Source: Macrostomum lignano (lineage: Eukaryota). Taken from it: a DNA stretch of 64,000 bases. The stretch is from contig NIVC01002647.1 in the NCBI GenBank assembly GCA_002269645.1, positions 62,001 through 126,000 of the forward strand, in the 5' to 3' direction. This document shows, one piece after another, positions 25,020 to 38,800 of the stretch; position 1 is the stretch's first letter; each line of letters opens with the position of its first letter. Position numbers and translations under genes: made by a program. Under the pieces are notes generated by a model. The model saw only the letters and a list, made by a program, of their open reading frames with translations, ran no database searches and was not told the DNA's origin.

Positions 25020-26352
25020 TTTACAATGGCGCCGGATTTAGCGCCCTTTATAATGGCGCCGGATTTAGCGATTTTTACAATGGCGCCGGTTTAGCGCCCC
25101 TTCACACACTAGTTCCGGATTTAGCACCCCTTACACTGGCGCCGGATTTAACGCCCCTTATAATGGCGCCGGATTTAACGTTCCTTATAATCGCGCCGGA
25201 TTTAGCGCCCCTTATAATGGCGCCGGATTTAGCGCCCCTTACAATGGCGCCGGATTTAGCGCCCCTTACAATGGCGCAGGATTTAGCGCTCCTTACAATG
25301 GCGCCGGTTTAGCGCCCCGTCACACACTAGTTCCGAATTTAGCACCCCTTACACACTGGCGCCGTATTTAGCGCCTCCTATAATGGCGCCGGATTTAGCG
25401 CCCCTTACAATGGCGCCGGATTTAGCGCCTCCTATAATGGCGCCGGATTTAGCGCCCCTTACAATGGCGCCGGATTTAGCGTCCCTTATAATGGCGCCGG
25501 ATTTAGCGCCTCTTATAATGGCGCCGGATTTAGCGCCCCTTACAATGGCGCCGGATTTAGCGCCCCTTACAATGGCGCAGGATTTAGCGCTCCTTACAAT
25601 AGCGCCGGTTTAGCGCCCCGTCACACACTAGTTCCGAATTTAGCATCCCTTACACACTGGCGCCGGATTTAGCGCCCCTTACAATGGGGCCGGATTTAGC
25701 GCCCCTTACAATGGCGCCGGATTTAGCGCTCCTTACAATGGCGCCGTATTTAGCGCCCCTTTTAATGGCGCTGGATTTAGCGCCTCTTATAAAGGCGCCG
25801 TATTAAGCGCCTCTTATAATGGCGCCGGATTTAGCGTCCCTTACAATGGCGCCGGATTTAGCGCCCCTTATAAAGGCGCCATATTTAGCGTCCCTTATAA
25901 TGGCGCCGGATTTAGCGCCTCTTATAATGGCGCCGGATTTAGCGCCCCTTACAATGGCGCCGGATTTAGCGCCCCTTACAATGGCGCAGGATTTAGCGCT
26001 CCTTACAATAGCGCCGGTTTAGCGCCCCGTCACACACTAGTTCCGAATTTAGCATCCCTTACACACTGGCGCCGGATTTAGCGCCCCTTACAATGGGGCC
26101 GGATTTAGCGCCCCTTACAATGGCGCCGGATTTAGCGCTCCTTACAATGGCGCCGTATTTAGCGCCCCTTTTAATGGCGCTGGATTTAGCGCCTCTTATA
26201 AAGGCGCCGTATTAAGCGCCTCTTATAATGGCGCCGGATTTAGCGTCCCTTACAATGGCGCCGGATTTAGCGCCCCTTATAAAGGCGCCATATTTAGCGC
26301 CCCTTATGATGGCGCCGGATTTAGCGTCCCTTACAATGGCGCCGGATTTAAT
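25020..26352. repeat. 27-bp minisatellite ATGGCGCCGGATTTAGCGCCCCTTACA with higher-order blocks
   Basis: Tandem copies interrupted by recurring CACACTAGTTCCG landmarks. Confidence 0.95.
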
Positions 26353-26802
26353 GACCCTAGTGCCGAAAAACTTAGAAAGAGGAATAAAGAGTAAGAATAA
26401 TTTTACGAACAAGTAAAATGGAGAGTGTATATGAGACACACCACACAGGACTACTGCATGCGGAGCGGCAAGACACGCACCGCATACGGCACAGCGAACA
26501 CACAAAGCGCAGCTGCAGTTTTACTGTTAGCTATCGCCAAGTCAACAAGCAGAAATTGCATGGCGCCAACGTGTAATAAGCATTTTTTTCGTCAAAGATT
26601 TTGGAGTTAGATAGCCACTAACACTGTATGGGGGGTAGGAAAAGTCAATCGAACAGCAGATGTTTTTCAGCACCTAAGATATTTTATTGCCGTCAACCAA
26701 CCCTACAGCCAATATGTCCTATACGTACTGAATTTAGCTGGATTTTTTACCTACCTGATAGTGTAGCAAAGCTAAATAAATAGCTGGCATTCCATTCACC
26801 TG

Positions 26803-29062
26803 CGTGCCATTTGAGCATGATCTGCCATTTGAGCATGATGCTGTGTGCCATTTGAGCATGATGCTGTGTGCCATTTGAGCATGATGCTGTGTGCCATTTG
26901 AGCATGATGCTGTGTGCCATTTGAGCATGATGCTGTGTGCCATTTGAGCATGATGCTGTGTGCCATTTGAGCATGATGCTGTGTGCCATTTGAGCATGAT
27001 GCTGTGTGCCATTTGAGCATGATGCTGTGTGCCATTCGAGCATGATGCTGTGTGCCATTTGAGCATGATGCTGTGTGCCATTTGAGCATGATGCTGTGTG
27101 CCATTTGAGCATGATGCTGTGTGCCATTTGAGCATGATGCTGTGCCATTTGAGCATGATGCTGTGTGCCATTTGAGCATGATGCTGTGTGCCATTTGAGC
27201 ATGATGCTGTGCCATTTGAGCATGATGCTGTGCCATTTGAGCATGATGCTGTACCACTTGAGCATGATGCTGTACCACTTGAGCATGATGCTGTACCACT
27301 TGAGCATGATGCTGTGTGCCATATTTGAGCATGATGCTGTGTGCCATTTGAGCATGATGCTGTGTGCCATTTGAGCATGATGCTGTGCCATTTGAGCATG
27401 ATGCTGTGCCATTTGAGCATGATGCTGTTTGCCATTTGAGCATGATGCTGTACCATTTGAGCATGATGCTGTGCCATTTGAGCATGATGCTGTGTGCCAT
27501 TTGAGCATGATGCTGTGTACCATTTGAGCATGATGCTGTGCCATTTGAGCATGATGCTGTGTGCCATTTGAGCATGATGCTGTGCCATTTGAGCATGATG
27601 CTGTGCCATTTGAGCATGATGCTGTGCCATTTGAGCATGATGCTGTACCACTTGAGCATGATGCTGTACCACTTGAGCATGATGCTGTACCACTTGAGCA
27701 TGATGCTGTGTGCCATATTTGAGCATGATGCTGTGTGCCATTTGAGCATGATGCTGTGTGCCATTTGAGCATGATGCTGTGCCATTTGAGCATGATGCTG
27801 TGCCATTTGAGCATGATGCTGTTTGCCATTTGAGCATGATGCTGTACCATTTGAGCATGATGCTGTGCCATTTGAGCATGATGCTGTGTGCCATTTGAGC
27901 ATGATGCTGTGTACCATTTGAGCATGATGCTGTGCCATTTGAGCATGATGCTGTGTGCCATTTGAGCATGATGCTGTGCCATTTGAGCATGATGCTGTGC
28001 CATTTGAGCATGATGCTGTGCCATTTGAGCATGATGCTGTACCACTTGAGCATGATGCTGTACCACTTGAGCATGATGCTGTACCACTTGAGCATGATGC
28101 TGTGTGCCATATTTGAGCATGATGCTGTGTGCCATTTGAGCATGATGCTGTGTGCCATTTGAGCATGATGCTGTGCCATTTGAGCATGATGCTGTTTGCC
28201 ATTTGAGCATGATGCTGTGTGCCATTTGAGCATGATGCTGTGCCATTTGAGCATGATGCTGTGTGCCATTTGAGCATGATGCTGTACCATTTGAGCATGA
28301 TGCTGTGCCATTTGAGCATGATTCTGTGTGCGATTTGAGCATGATGCTGTGCCATTTGAGCATGATGCTGTGCCATTTGAGCATGATGCTGTGTGTCATT
28401 TGAGCATGATGCTGTGCCATTTGAGCATGATGCTGTGCCATTTGAGCATGATGCTGTGCCATTTGAGCATGATTCTGTGTGCGATTTGAGCATGATGCTG
28501 TGCCATTTGAGCATGATGCTGTGCCATTTGAGCATGATGCTGTGCCATTTGAGCATGATGCTGTGCCATGTGAGCATGATGCTGTGCCATTTGAGCATGA
28601 TGCTGTGCCATTTGAGCATGATGCTGTGCCATTTGAGCATGATGCTGTGTGCCATTTGAGCATGATGCTGTGCCATTTGAGCATGATGCTGTGTGCCATT
28701 TGAGCATGATGCTGTGTGCCATTTGAGCATGATGCTGTGCCATTTGAGCATGATGCTGTACCACTTGAGCATGATGCTGTGTGCCATATTTGAGCATGAT
28801 TCTGTGTGCCATTTGAGCATGATGCTGTGCCACTTGAGCATGATGCTGTGCCATTTGAGCATGATGCTGTGCCATGTGAGCATGATGCTGTGCCATTTGA
28901 GCATGATGCTGTGTGCCATTTGAGCATGATGCTGTGCCATTTGAGCATGATGCTGTGTGCCATTTGAGCATGATGCTGTGTGCCATTTGAGCATGATGCT
29001 GTGTGCCATTTGAGCATGATGCTGTGTGCCATTTGAGCATGATGCTGTGTGCCATTTGAGCA
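26803..29062. repeat. 20/22-bp minisatellite CCATTTGAGCATGATGCTGTG(TG), ~2.3 kb
   Basis: Highly homogeneous array; the 500-760 aa ORFs over it are artefacts. Confidence 0.97.
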
Positions 29063-30042
29063 CGCTTTGCCATTTCAGTCACCAAATGCAATTTTACCTG
29101 TAAGGCAGTCCTGAGTCGCATAGGCCAGATGAACCATCCAGCTACCTGGCATGGCCATGACCGTCAGCTCCAAAGGTCCGACAGCTGCATCTCCATCGAA
29201 GGCGGCAGAATGCTGCTCCTGAGTCAGCCTGAATCGCTGCACAGATTCGCACTTCATCCTGCTGTAAGAAATATATGCCGATATGTAGCGTTTAAAAAGA
29301 ACTTTTGTTGGTAAAATAAAAAATTAGTATTTATTAATGCAAGTGGATCTGAGCACAGAGAGTTGCTATAAAAAGAGACAAAATTAAAAAGACACCAAAT
29401 ATGAGACACAGATACTACTGCAAGTAAATAACTGTACTAATTAATCATTTGTTTATTTGGGCCAAAATTCAAGTAATACGAGCGTAATTTGTGGAATTTT
29501 ATTCACAAGAATCGATTTTAGAAAAAAAAATATTTATTCGATTATAAATAAACGAACGCTGACCAGATAATAACTACTAATTAAACGTATTAACTCAGCA
29601 ATAAAAAACAATTAAAAATACAAAATCATGTCATAATTTAAAGAATTTGTGATTCGGAAATTACAAGCTAAAAAAACAAATATTTGATCAATATTTTAGG
29701 CTGCAGACGGCAAGCTCTGGGTTACAATGAATAATTTTATTATTATTTAAACTCCGTCGATGAAAACGCGAAACTTTCATAAACCCAACATTGCAGTCCC
29801 GGAGGATGCTCAATGCAGCCAGTCCAGTTCAATTTACCACAGAGCCGGAGCCAAACGGATTGCAGGAATTCTGTAGTAGATTTGATTAAAACTAAAAAAA
29901 TATTGACACTCACTGTCGGTGTCATGCTAGCGGACTATTTTGGCAGACATCTGGTCACAATAAATTGAAAAAATATAGAGACAAAATTAAGAAACTAAAA
30001 ATTTGCTCGCGTATGATAAATAAAACATGGGACCGATGTTGC

Positions 30043-30692
<650 letters not shown>

Positions 30693-30884
30693 ACGGTCAC
30701 AACAACGCAGACACAGAAGTGCAGTACAAATAGCGCATTTCCCTGGCAATGACAGCAGAAGCGGTGCACAGCTCCATCTAAGCTATTAACTGAATTGCAA
30801 TTGGGGTTCACAAAGAGGAAAAATCCCTGCGGAACAAAACACAGGGCCGCACGCGCTTATAACAATTGCCGAGGCGAATGGAAC

Positions 30885-33800
30885 TCAGGCCTCCCTGGAG
30901 TTCAGGTAGCTGGCATAGATCTTCACAATGCAGGCAGACATGGGCACCAGCATCCGGTCCCAGGTCTTCTGTCTCGCTTTTGTCGCGCGCATCAGCGTCG
31001 AGGTCTCCTTGGCGGCGGCCCGGTAGGTGGCCAGAAACTGCTCAACATCGTTGCAAGTCCAGCCGGCCTGAGACCACGGCTCCACCAGCTGCTCGACGGT
31101 GTCCAGGAAGAAGTCGCGCGTGTCCTTCGATGTTGTCAGGCTGAGAGCCAGCTGGGTGAGCCGGCGCAGCAGCTGCTTGTGACCCGCCTATTGTCAAATT
31201 GGGAAAGTACACGAGTTGCACTTTTATAAATAATGTACTCTAACGCAATGTACTCCAAACTGTATTTTCATAAGTTAATGCAATTTTAACAAGGAAACAC
31301 GGGGTTGCAGCCCAGTGGTCAGAGCGTCAGACTCACGACTGAAAGGTCGGGGGTTCGATTCTCGACCCACTCGGAAAAATTTGAGTCCTTGAGCAAGACA
31401 CTTAGCTCTGCATTGCTTCAGTTCACCCAGCTGTAAAATGGGTGCCAGCATTAGCTGGGGTAACTGAGGCTGTGTGTGGCGACCCCCCAGTCCTTGGACT
31501 GAACCAGTGGTCCCAGCAAGTAGGTCACTGGTTTTTCGCGCCATTCTATTTTTTTGCGCCTAGCTTAAAGTCACGCGGCGCGCACAACCTCGAAAACCTC
31601 CTGACAGCAAAATTTAGCATACATGTACCTCCTACACTGTTTTTAGAAATTAATGATTGCAGCAGCAAAGGATTACAAATAAAATATTTGTAGCATTTTA
31701 GTTTTAATATTTGATTACAGTTTCAAATTTCTTAAACCACTTTAAAGCTCAATTTCAGGGAGGTTATTGACATAGATTTTTTTGCGGGATTTAATCGATC
31801 ACTTTCCCGGACATATTGCAAGGATTATTGTATGTATCTAAATAAGCGAGCTTCTCTCTTCTCTTCCATCTTGACTCGAGAAATTTATTAATGAAGTTTT
31901 GTCTATGGTAAGAATGTAAAGGCTTCGCCCCCACACCCCAGCAGGGGCTTCGCCCCCACACCCCCATCCCCAACTTCAACTATAGACATACAAGTATGGC
32001 TCCGGGATTTATCTGAATACATCCCGCAAAATTAAAAAAGTTTAAATAATATATTCGGCTCTCGGGATTTAATCCCATACCGACCTCAAACCCATAGAAT
32101 ATCTTATACGTAATTTAAACCATAGATCGCATTCGGTCTAGATCTGGGCAGAGGCAAGGAGTTCTATAATTAGCAACCTGGAGTGGAAACGAGTTTTTCA
32201 GTTTTACCTCATGAGGCCAGACTAGCATAGACAGTCAGACAGAGCCATAGACATTCAGTGCTGGCTCCTTATCTTTAAAATTGGCGAGAGCCATAGACAT
32301 TCAGTGCTGGCTCCTTATCTTTAAAATTGGCGAGAGCCATAGACATTCAGTGCTGGCTCCTTATCTTTAAAATTGGCGAGAGCCATAGACATTCAGTGCT
32401 GGCTCCTTATCTTTACAATTGGCGAGAGCCATAGACATTCAGTGCTGGCTCCTTATCTTTAAAATTGGCGAGAGCCATAGACATTCAGTGCTGGCTCCTT
32501 ATCTTTACAATTGGCGAGAGCCATAGACATTCAGTGCTGGCTCCTTATCTTTAAAATTGGCGAGAGCCATAGACATTCAGTGCTGGCTCCTTATCTTTAC
32601 AATTGGCGAGAGCCATAGACATTCAGTGCTGGCTCCTTATCTTTACAATTGGCGAGAGCCATAGACATTCAGTGCTGGCTCCTTATCTTTACAATTGGCG
32701 AGAGCCATAGACATTCAGTGCTGGCTCCTTATCTTTACAATTGGCGAGAGCCATAGACATTCAGTGCTGGCTCCTTATCTTTACAATTGGCGAGAGCCAT
32801 AGACATTCAGTGCTGGCTCCTTATCTTTACAATTGGCGAGAGCCATAGACATTCAGTGCTGGCTCCTTATCTTTACAATTGGCGAGAGCCATAGACATTC
32901 AGTGCTGGCTCCTTATCTTTACAATTGGCGAGAGCCATAGACATTCAGTGCTGGCTCCTTATCTTTACAATTGGCGAGAGCCATAGACATTCAGTGCTGG
33001 CTCCTTATCTTTAAAATTGGCGAGAGCCATAGACATTCAGTGCTGGCTCCTTATCTTTACAATTGGCGAGAGCCATAGACATTCAGTGCTGGCTCCTTAT
33101 CTTTACAATTGGCGTGGCCTCATGAGGTAAAACTCGCTTCCGCTCCAGATTGCTAATTGTAGAACTCCTTGGCAGAGGCTACTTAGCATTAGCAACGAGT
33201 ACATTTTTTTCTCGCATTTTTCCTATGGTACTTACTGGCTCCATCGTCCCTAAAAATGTTCTAAACTTTTTTGAATATGTAAGAAAAAAGGATTAAAGAA
33301 ACTGTTAGTTAAAGAAATTAAAGAAAATTCCAATTTTGCGCCAATCAGTTGTGAAAAAAATCGCGCCATTGCTGTAAAATTTGCACATTCGCGCCTCACT
33401 GGGACCACTGGACTGAACAGCTGTACGCAGCCTTCAGATGCGCCGCGCAATAGCTGCGGCTGAGCTGTCGGTTGCACATCTGGCCCATTAACAATTAACA
33501 AGGAAAGTTCACCGCTAAAAGTACATTTTGAATTGAAATATTGCTTAGAAAATGCACAGGAGCTTTGAACACGGTTCTACATCAAGTGGATTGCACTTTG
33601 AAATGCGGTTTAAGTGCATTTAAAAAAACACAGAATTACAGCTGGTTGTAAAAGTACACGTGCACTTGAAACTGTTGAATTGCACTTTAGAAGCAGGGCT
33701 GAAGATTCTCACCTCGAAATCAGCCATAGCTGTCTGGCTGAGCGGCGCCAGCTGCAATTTTGAAGCCAATTGGCCGCGAATCTCTTCAAGCGCCTCGCGC

Positions 33801-35859
33801 TCGCCCATGGCTTTCAGCTCTTTGAGGTCGCGCAGGAAATTGGCGTCAAGGTCCTGGTCCATGTCCTGGCTAGCGCAGTCCTTGCTGGAGTAGGACCAGT
33901 GCGCGATCATCTGGTTGGCGCAGTGGGCGAAGTCGTTGAATGACAAGAAGCCGAGCTTTCGCTTGCTGGTCTCGAAGCGCTGATTGGTGAGGAAGACGGC
34001 CGCGGCGTACTCTTTGGCCAGGTGCTCGGGCAGGAGGAACAGCGCTCGGATGTTGCCCACTAGCGAGCCCTGCGGGTGGCGCAGTTTGAGCCACTTCGGA
34101 ACGTGGGAGCGATTCTAGGGCCGTGGGAGGGGGCGGTTTTTGAGGCGATGGTAGGGGGCGGTTTTTGAGGTGATGGTAGGGGGCGGTTTTTGAGGCGATG
34201 GTAGGGGGCGGTTTTTGAGGCGATGGTAGGGGGCGGTTTTTGAGGTGATGGTAGGGGGCGGTTTTTGAGGCGATGGTAGGGGGCGGTTTTCGAAGTGATG
34301 GTAGGGGGCGGTTTTTGAGGTGATGGTACGGGGCGGTTTTTGAGGCGATGGTAGGGGGTGGTTTTTGAGGCGATGGTAGGGGGTGGTTTTTGAGGCGATG
34401 GTAGGGGGCGGTTTTTGAGGTGATGGTAGGGGGCGGTTTTTGAGGCGATGGTAGGGGGCGGTTTTTGAGGCGATTGTAGGAGGCGGTTTTTGAGGTGATG
34501 GTACGGGGCGGTTTTTGAGGTGATGGTAGGGGGCGGTTTTTGAGGCGATGGTACGGGGCGGTTTTTGAGGCGAGGGTAGGGGGCGGTTAAGGCGATGGTA
34601 GGGGGCGGTTTTTGAGGCGATGGTAGGGGGGCAATTTTGGGGGCGAAGGTAAGGGCGGTTCCAGGGGCGGCTTTTCTGACGGATAAGAGAGCGAAAAAGT
34701 GAAAATAAAAAAGTTGCGAGCACCTTAAGCTCTTCGACAGCCTTGAAGACGCGGCGAAGATTGTCGAACTGTCTTCTGCACGAGACTAAGGCGAGGCTGT
34801 TCCTCTCGGCCGTGTCCTCCAAGTCTCGCCGAGTTTTTGAGTTTAACTTTTTCCCAAGCAGGTCGCGCACAACGGGAGCATCAAACTGGTAATACAGCTC
34901 GATGAGGCGGCGGACTGCGGACTCGCGAACCGGGAAGAGGCAGGCGTCTTGAAGCCGGTCGGGCACCTGGAGTGGTGGAGGAATTTAAGGCTGTCACAGT
35001 GAGACTGGCGGTGAAACTTCAAAGCATGCTGTCACAGTGAGGGTGAAAACTCAAAGCATATTGTCACAGTGAGGCTGGCGGTGAAACATCAAAGCATGCT
35101 GTCACAGTGAGACTGGCGGTAAAACATCAAAGCATGCTGTCACAGTGGCGGTGAAACATCAAAGCATGCTGTCACAGTGGCGGTGAAACATCAAAGCATA
35201 CTGTCACAGTGAGGCTGGCGGTGAAACATCAAAGCATACTGTCACAGTGAGACTGGCGGTGAAACATCAAAGCATGCTGTTACAGTGAGGCTGGCGGTGA
35301 AACATCAAAGCATGCTGTCACAGTGAGGCTGGCGGTGTAACTTCAAAGCATGCTGTCACAGTGAGGCTGGCGGTGAAACTTCAAAGCATGCTGTCACAGT
35401 GAGGCGGGCGGTGAAACTTCAAAGCATGCTGTCACAGTGAGGCTGGCGGTGAAACTTCAAAGCATGCTGTCACAGTGAGGCTGGCGGTGAAACTTCAAAG
35501 CATGCTGTCACAGTGAGGCTGGCGGTGAAACTTCAAAGCATGCTGTCACAGTGAGGCTGGCGGTGAAACATCAAAGTTGATAGCGACCTACCAAATAGAC
35601 AGACAACAATTATCAACATTTTTCGCACCTGCAGATGCCGCTCCAGCAGGTCGAACACCCTGTACTCGTTAGCGATCTCGCAGCGAAGCATATCGATGGA
35701 ACCCGGACAGGTCTTGAGAGCCCCAGCCCTGGTCAGCACCTGGGCCGCCTCCGCCGGCGCCAGGCCGTTCACCCAGGTCCTGTAGGCGTCCCAGTCTATG
35801 CGCAGTTCGCCAGTCACAGAGATGTCCAGGTTCATGCAGGGTGGGGGGTACACTGTCAT
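30885..35859 (-). CDS. FIBP: Acidic fibroblast growth factor intracellular-binding protein (4 exons, ~377 aa)
   Basis: All phase-0 GT-AG introns. Exons 35859-35629 (start ATG 35859, or 35835), 34966-34724, 34069-33713, 31187-30885. Motifs LDISV..IDWDAYRTWVNG, LIELYYQFDAPVVRDLLGKKL, SCRRQFDNLRRVFKAVEE, GSLVGNI, RFETSKRKL..LSFNDFAHCA, DLDANFLRDLKELK and KDTRDFFLDTVEQLVEP match FIBP from recall. Confidence 0.95.
31301..31530 (+). mobile_element. tRNA-derived SINE with CORE-like central domain
   Basis: tRNA-like head with A-box-like CAGCCCAGTGG (31308-31318) and B-box GGTTCGATTCT (31351-31361). It is followed by CCTTGAGCAAGACACTTAGCTCTGCATTGCTTCAGTTCACCCAGCTGTAAAATGGG, which closely resembles the recalled MIR/CORE consensus. 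The 3' end is approximate. Confidence 0.75.
32155..33171. mobile_element. Non-autonomous TIR element (MITE-like) carrying an internal 46-bp tandem array
   Basis: Imperfect ~65-bp TIRs (CAAGGAGTTCTATAATTAGCAACCTGGAG... / ...CTCCAGATTGCTAATTGTAGAACTCCTTG). Flanked by direct repeat GCAGAGG (7 bp), or GGCAGAGGC (9 bp) if the ends are 32156/33170. Confidence 0.85.
32242..33113. repeat. 46-bp minisatellite GAGCCATAGACATTCAGTGCTGGCTCCTTATCTTTACAATTGGCGA, ~19 copies
   Basis: Nearly identical copies (only an A/C variant seen); no spacers. Confidence 0.97.
34121..34660. repeat. 25-bp G-rich minisatellite GGTTTTTGAGGCGATGGTAGGGGGC
   Basis: Fills FIBP intron 2. Confidence 0.95.
34990..35577. repeat. 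38-bp minisatellite GCTGTCACAGTGAGGCTGGCGGTGAAACTTCAAAGCAT
   Basis: Fills FIBP intron 1. Confidence 0.95.
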
Positions 35860-35887
35860 GAATGCCGGCGACTGCTGCTGAGTGTGG

Positions 35888-38800
35888 CTGCTGATTGCTG
35901 ATGAGTCTGTGTGATTGCTGATGAGTCTGCGATGATTGCTGATGAGTCTGTGTGATTGCTGATGAGTCTGCGATGATTGCTGATGAGTCTGTGTGATTGC
36001 TGATGAGACTGTGATGATTGCTGATGAGTCTGCGATGATTTCTGATGAGTCTGTGTGATGATTGCTGATGAGTCTGTAATGATTGCTGATGAGTCTGTGT
36101 GATGATTGCTGATGAGTCTGTGATGATTGCTGATGAGTCTGTGTGATGATTGCTGATGAGTCTGTGATGATTGCTTATGAGTCTGTGATGATTGCTGATG
36201 AGTCTGTGTGATGATTGCTGATGAGTCTGTGATGATTGCTTATGAGTCTGTGATGATTGCTGATGAGTCTGTGATGATTGCTGATGAGTCTGTGATGATT
36301 GCTGATGAGTCTGTGTGATGATTGCTGATGAGTCTGTGATGATTGCTGATGAGTCTGTGTGATGATTGCTGATGAGTCTGTGGAATCACTGTGGGATGAT
36401 TGCTGATGAGTCTGTGATGATTGCTTATGAGTCTGTGATGATTGCTGATGAGTCTGTGATGATTGCTTATGAGTCTGTGATGATTGCTGATGAGTCTGTG
36501 ATGATTGCTGATGAGTCTGTGGAATCACTGTGGGATGATTGCTGATGAGTCTGTGATGATTGCTGATGAGTCTGTGATGATTGCTGATGAGTCTGTGATG
36601 ATTGCTGATGATGAGTCTGTGTGATGATTGCTGATGATGAGTCTGTGTGATTATTGCTGATGAGTCTGTGTGATGATTGCTGATGAGTCTGTGATGATTG
36701 CTTATGAGTCTCTGTGATGATTGCTGATGAGTCTGTGTGATGATTGCTCATGAGTCTGTGATGATTGCTGATGAGTCTGTGTGATGATTGCTGATGAGTC
36801 TGTGTGATGATTGCTCATGAGTCTGTGATGATTGCTGATGAGTCTGTGTGATGATTCTTGATGAGTCTGTGTGATGATTGCTGATGATTCTGTGGGAGGA
36901 TTGCTGATGAGTCTGTGATGATTGCTGATGAGTCTGTCATGAATGCTGATGAGTCTGTGTGATGATTGATGATGAGTCTGTGTGATGATTGCTGATGAGT
37001 CTGTGTAATGATTGCTGATGAGTCTGTGATAATTGCTGATGAGTCTGTGGAATCACTGTGGGATGATTGCTGATGAGTCTGTGATGATTGCTGATGAGTC
37101 TGTGATGATTGCTGATGAGTCTGTGTGATGATTGCTGATGAGTCTGTGATGATTGCTGATGAGTCTGCGATGATTGCTGATGAGTCTGTGATGATTGCTG
37201 ATGAGTCTGTGATGACTGCTGATGAGTCTGTGTGATGATTGCTGATGAGTCTGTGATGATTGCTGATGAGTCTGTGTGATGATTGCTGATGAGTCTGTCA
37301 TGAATGCTGATGAGTCTGTGTGATGATTGCTGATGAGTCTGTGATGATTGCTGATGAGTCTGTGTGATGATTGCTGATGAGTCTGTGATGATTGCTGATG
37401 AGTCTGTGTGATGATTGCTGATGAGTCTGTGATGATTGCTTATGAGTCTCTGTGATGATTGCTGATGAGTCTGTGATAATTGCTGATGAGTCTGCGGAAT
37501 CACTGTGGGATGATTGCTGATGAGTCTGTGATGATTGCTGATGAGTCTGTGATGATTGCTGATGAGTCTGTGATGATTGCTGATGAGTCTGTGTGATGAT
37601 TGCCGATGATGAGTCTGTGATGATTGCTGATGAGTCTGTGATGATTGCTGATGAGTCTGTGTGATGATTGCTGATGAGTCTGTAATGATTGCTGATGAGT
37701 CTGTGTGAAGATGACTGATGAGTCTGTGATGATTGCTGATGATGAGTCTGTGTGATGATTGCTGATGATGAGTCTGTGTGATTATTGCTGATGAGTCTGT
37801 GTGATGATTGCTGATGAGTCTGTGTGATGATTGCTGATGAGTCTGTGTGATGATTGCTGATGAGTCTGTGGAATCACTGTGGGATGATTGCTGATGAGTC
37901 TGTGATGATTGCTGATGAGTCTGTGATGATTGCTGATGATGAGTCTGTGTGATGATTGCTGATGATGAGTCTGTGTGATTATTGCTGATGAGTCTGTGTG
38001 ATGATTGCTGATGAGTCTGTGGAATCACTGTGGGATGATTGCTGATGAGTCTGTGATGGTTGCTGATGAGTCTGTGATGATTGCTGATGAGTCTGTGATG
38101 ATTGCTGATGAGTCTGTGATGATTGCTGATGAGTCTGTGATGATTGCTGATGAGTCTGTGATGATTGCTGATGAGTCTGTGTGATGATTGCTGATGAGTC
38201 TGTGATGATTGCTGATGAGTCTGTGTGATGATTGCTGATGAGTCTGTGATGATTGCTGATGATGAGTCTGTGTGATGATTGCTGATGATGAGTCTGTGTG
38301 ATTATTGCTGATGAGTCTGTGATGATTGCTGATGAGTCTGTGTGATGATTCTTGATGAGTCTGTGTGATGATTGCTGATGATTCTGTGGGAGGATTGCTG
38401 ATGAGTCTGTGATGATTGCTGATGAGTCTGTCATGAATGCTGATGAGTCTGTGTGATGATTGATGATGAGTCTGTGTGATGATTGCTGATGAGTCTGTGT
38501 AATGATTGCTGATGAGTCTGTGATAATTGCTGATGAGTCTGTGGAATCACTGTGGGATGATTGCTGATGAGTCTGTGATGATTGCTGATGAGTCTGTGAT
38601 GATTGCTGATGAGTCTGCGATGATTGCTGATGAGTCTGTGATGATTGCTGATGAGTCTGTGATGACTGCTGATGAGTCTGTGTGATGATTGCTGATGAGT
38701 CTGTCATGAATGCTGATGAGTCTGTGTGATGATTGCTGATGAGTCTGTGATGATTGCTGATGAGTCTGTGTGATGATTGCTGATGAGTCTGTGATGATTG

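Noticed and set aside
26734-29121. 500-760 aa ORFs
   Set aside because: Stop-free frames of a 20/22-bp satellite.
31301-31375. tRNA gene
   Set aside because: The cloverleaf is incomplete and runs into a SINE body without a T-run terminator.
32242-33113. CRISPR-like array with hairpin repeats
   Set aside because: No unique spacers, eukaryotic intron, no cas genes; the same applies to 23795-24190.
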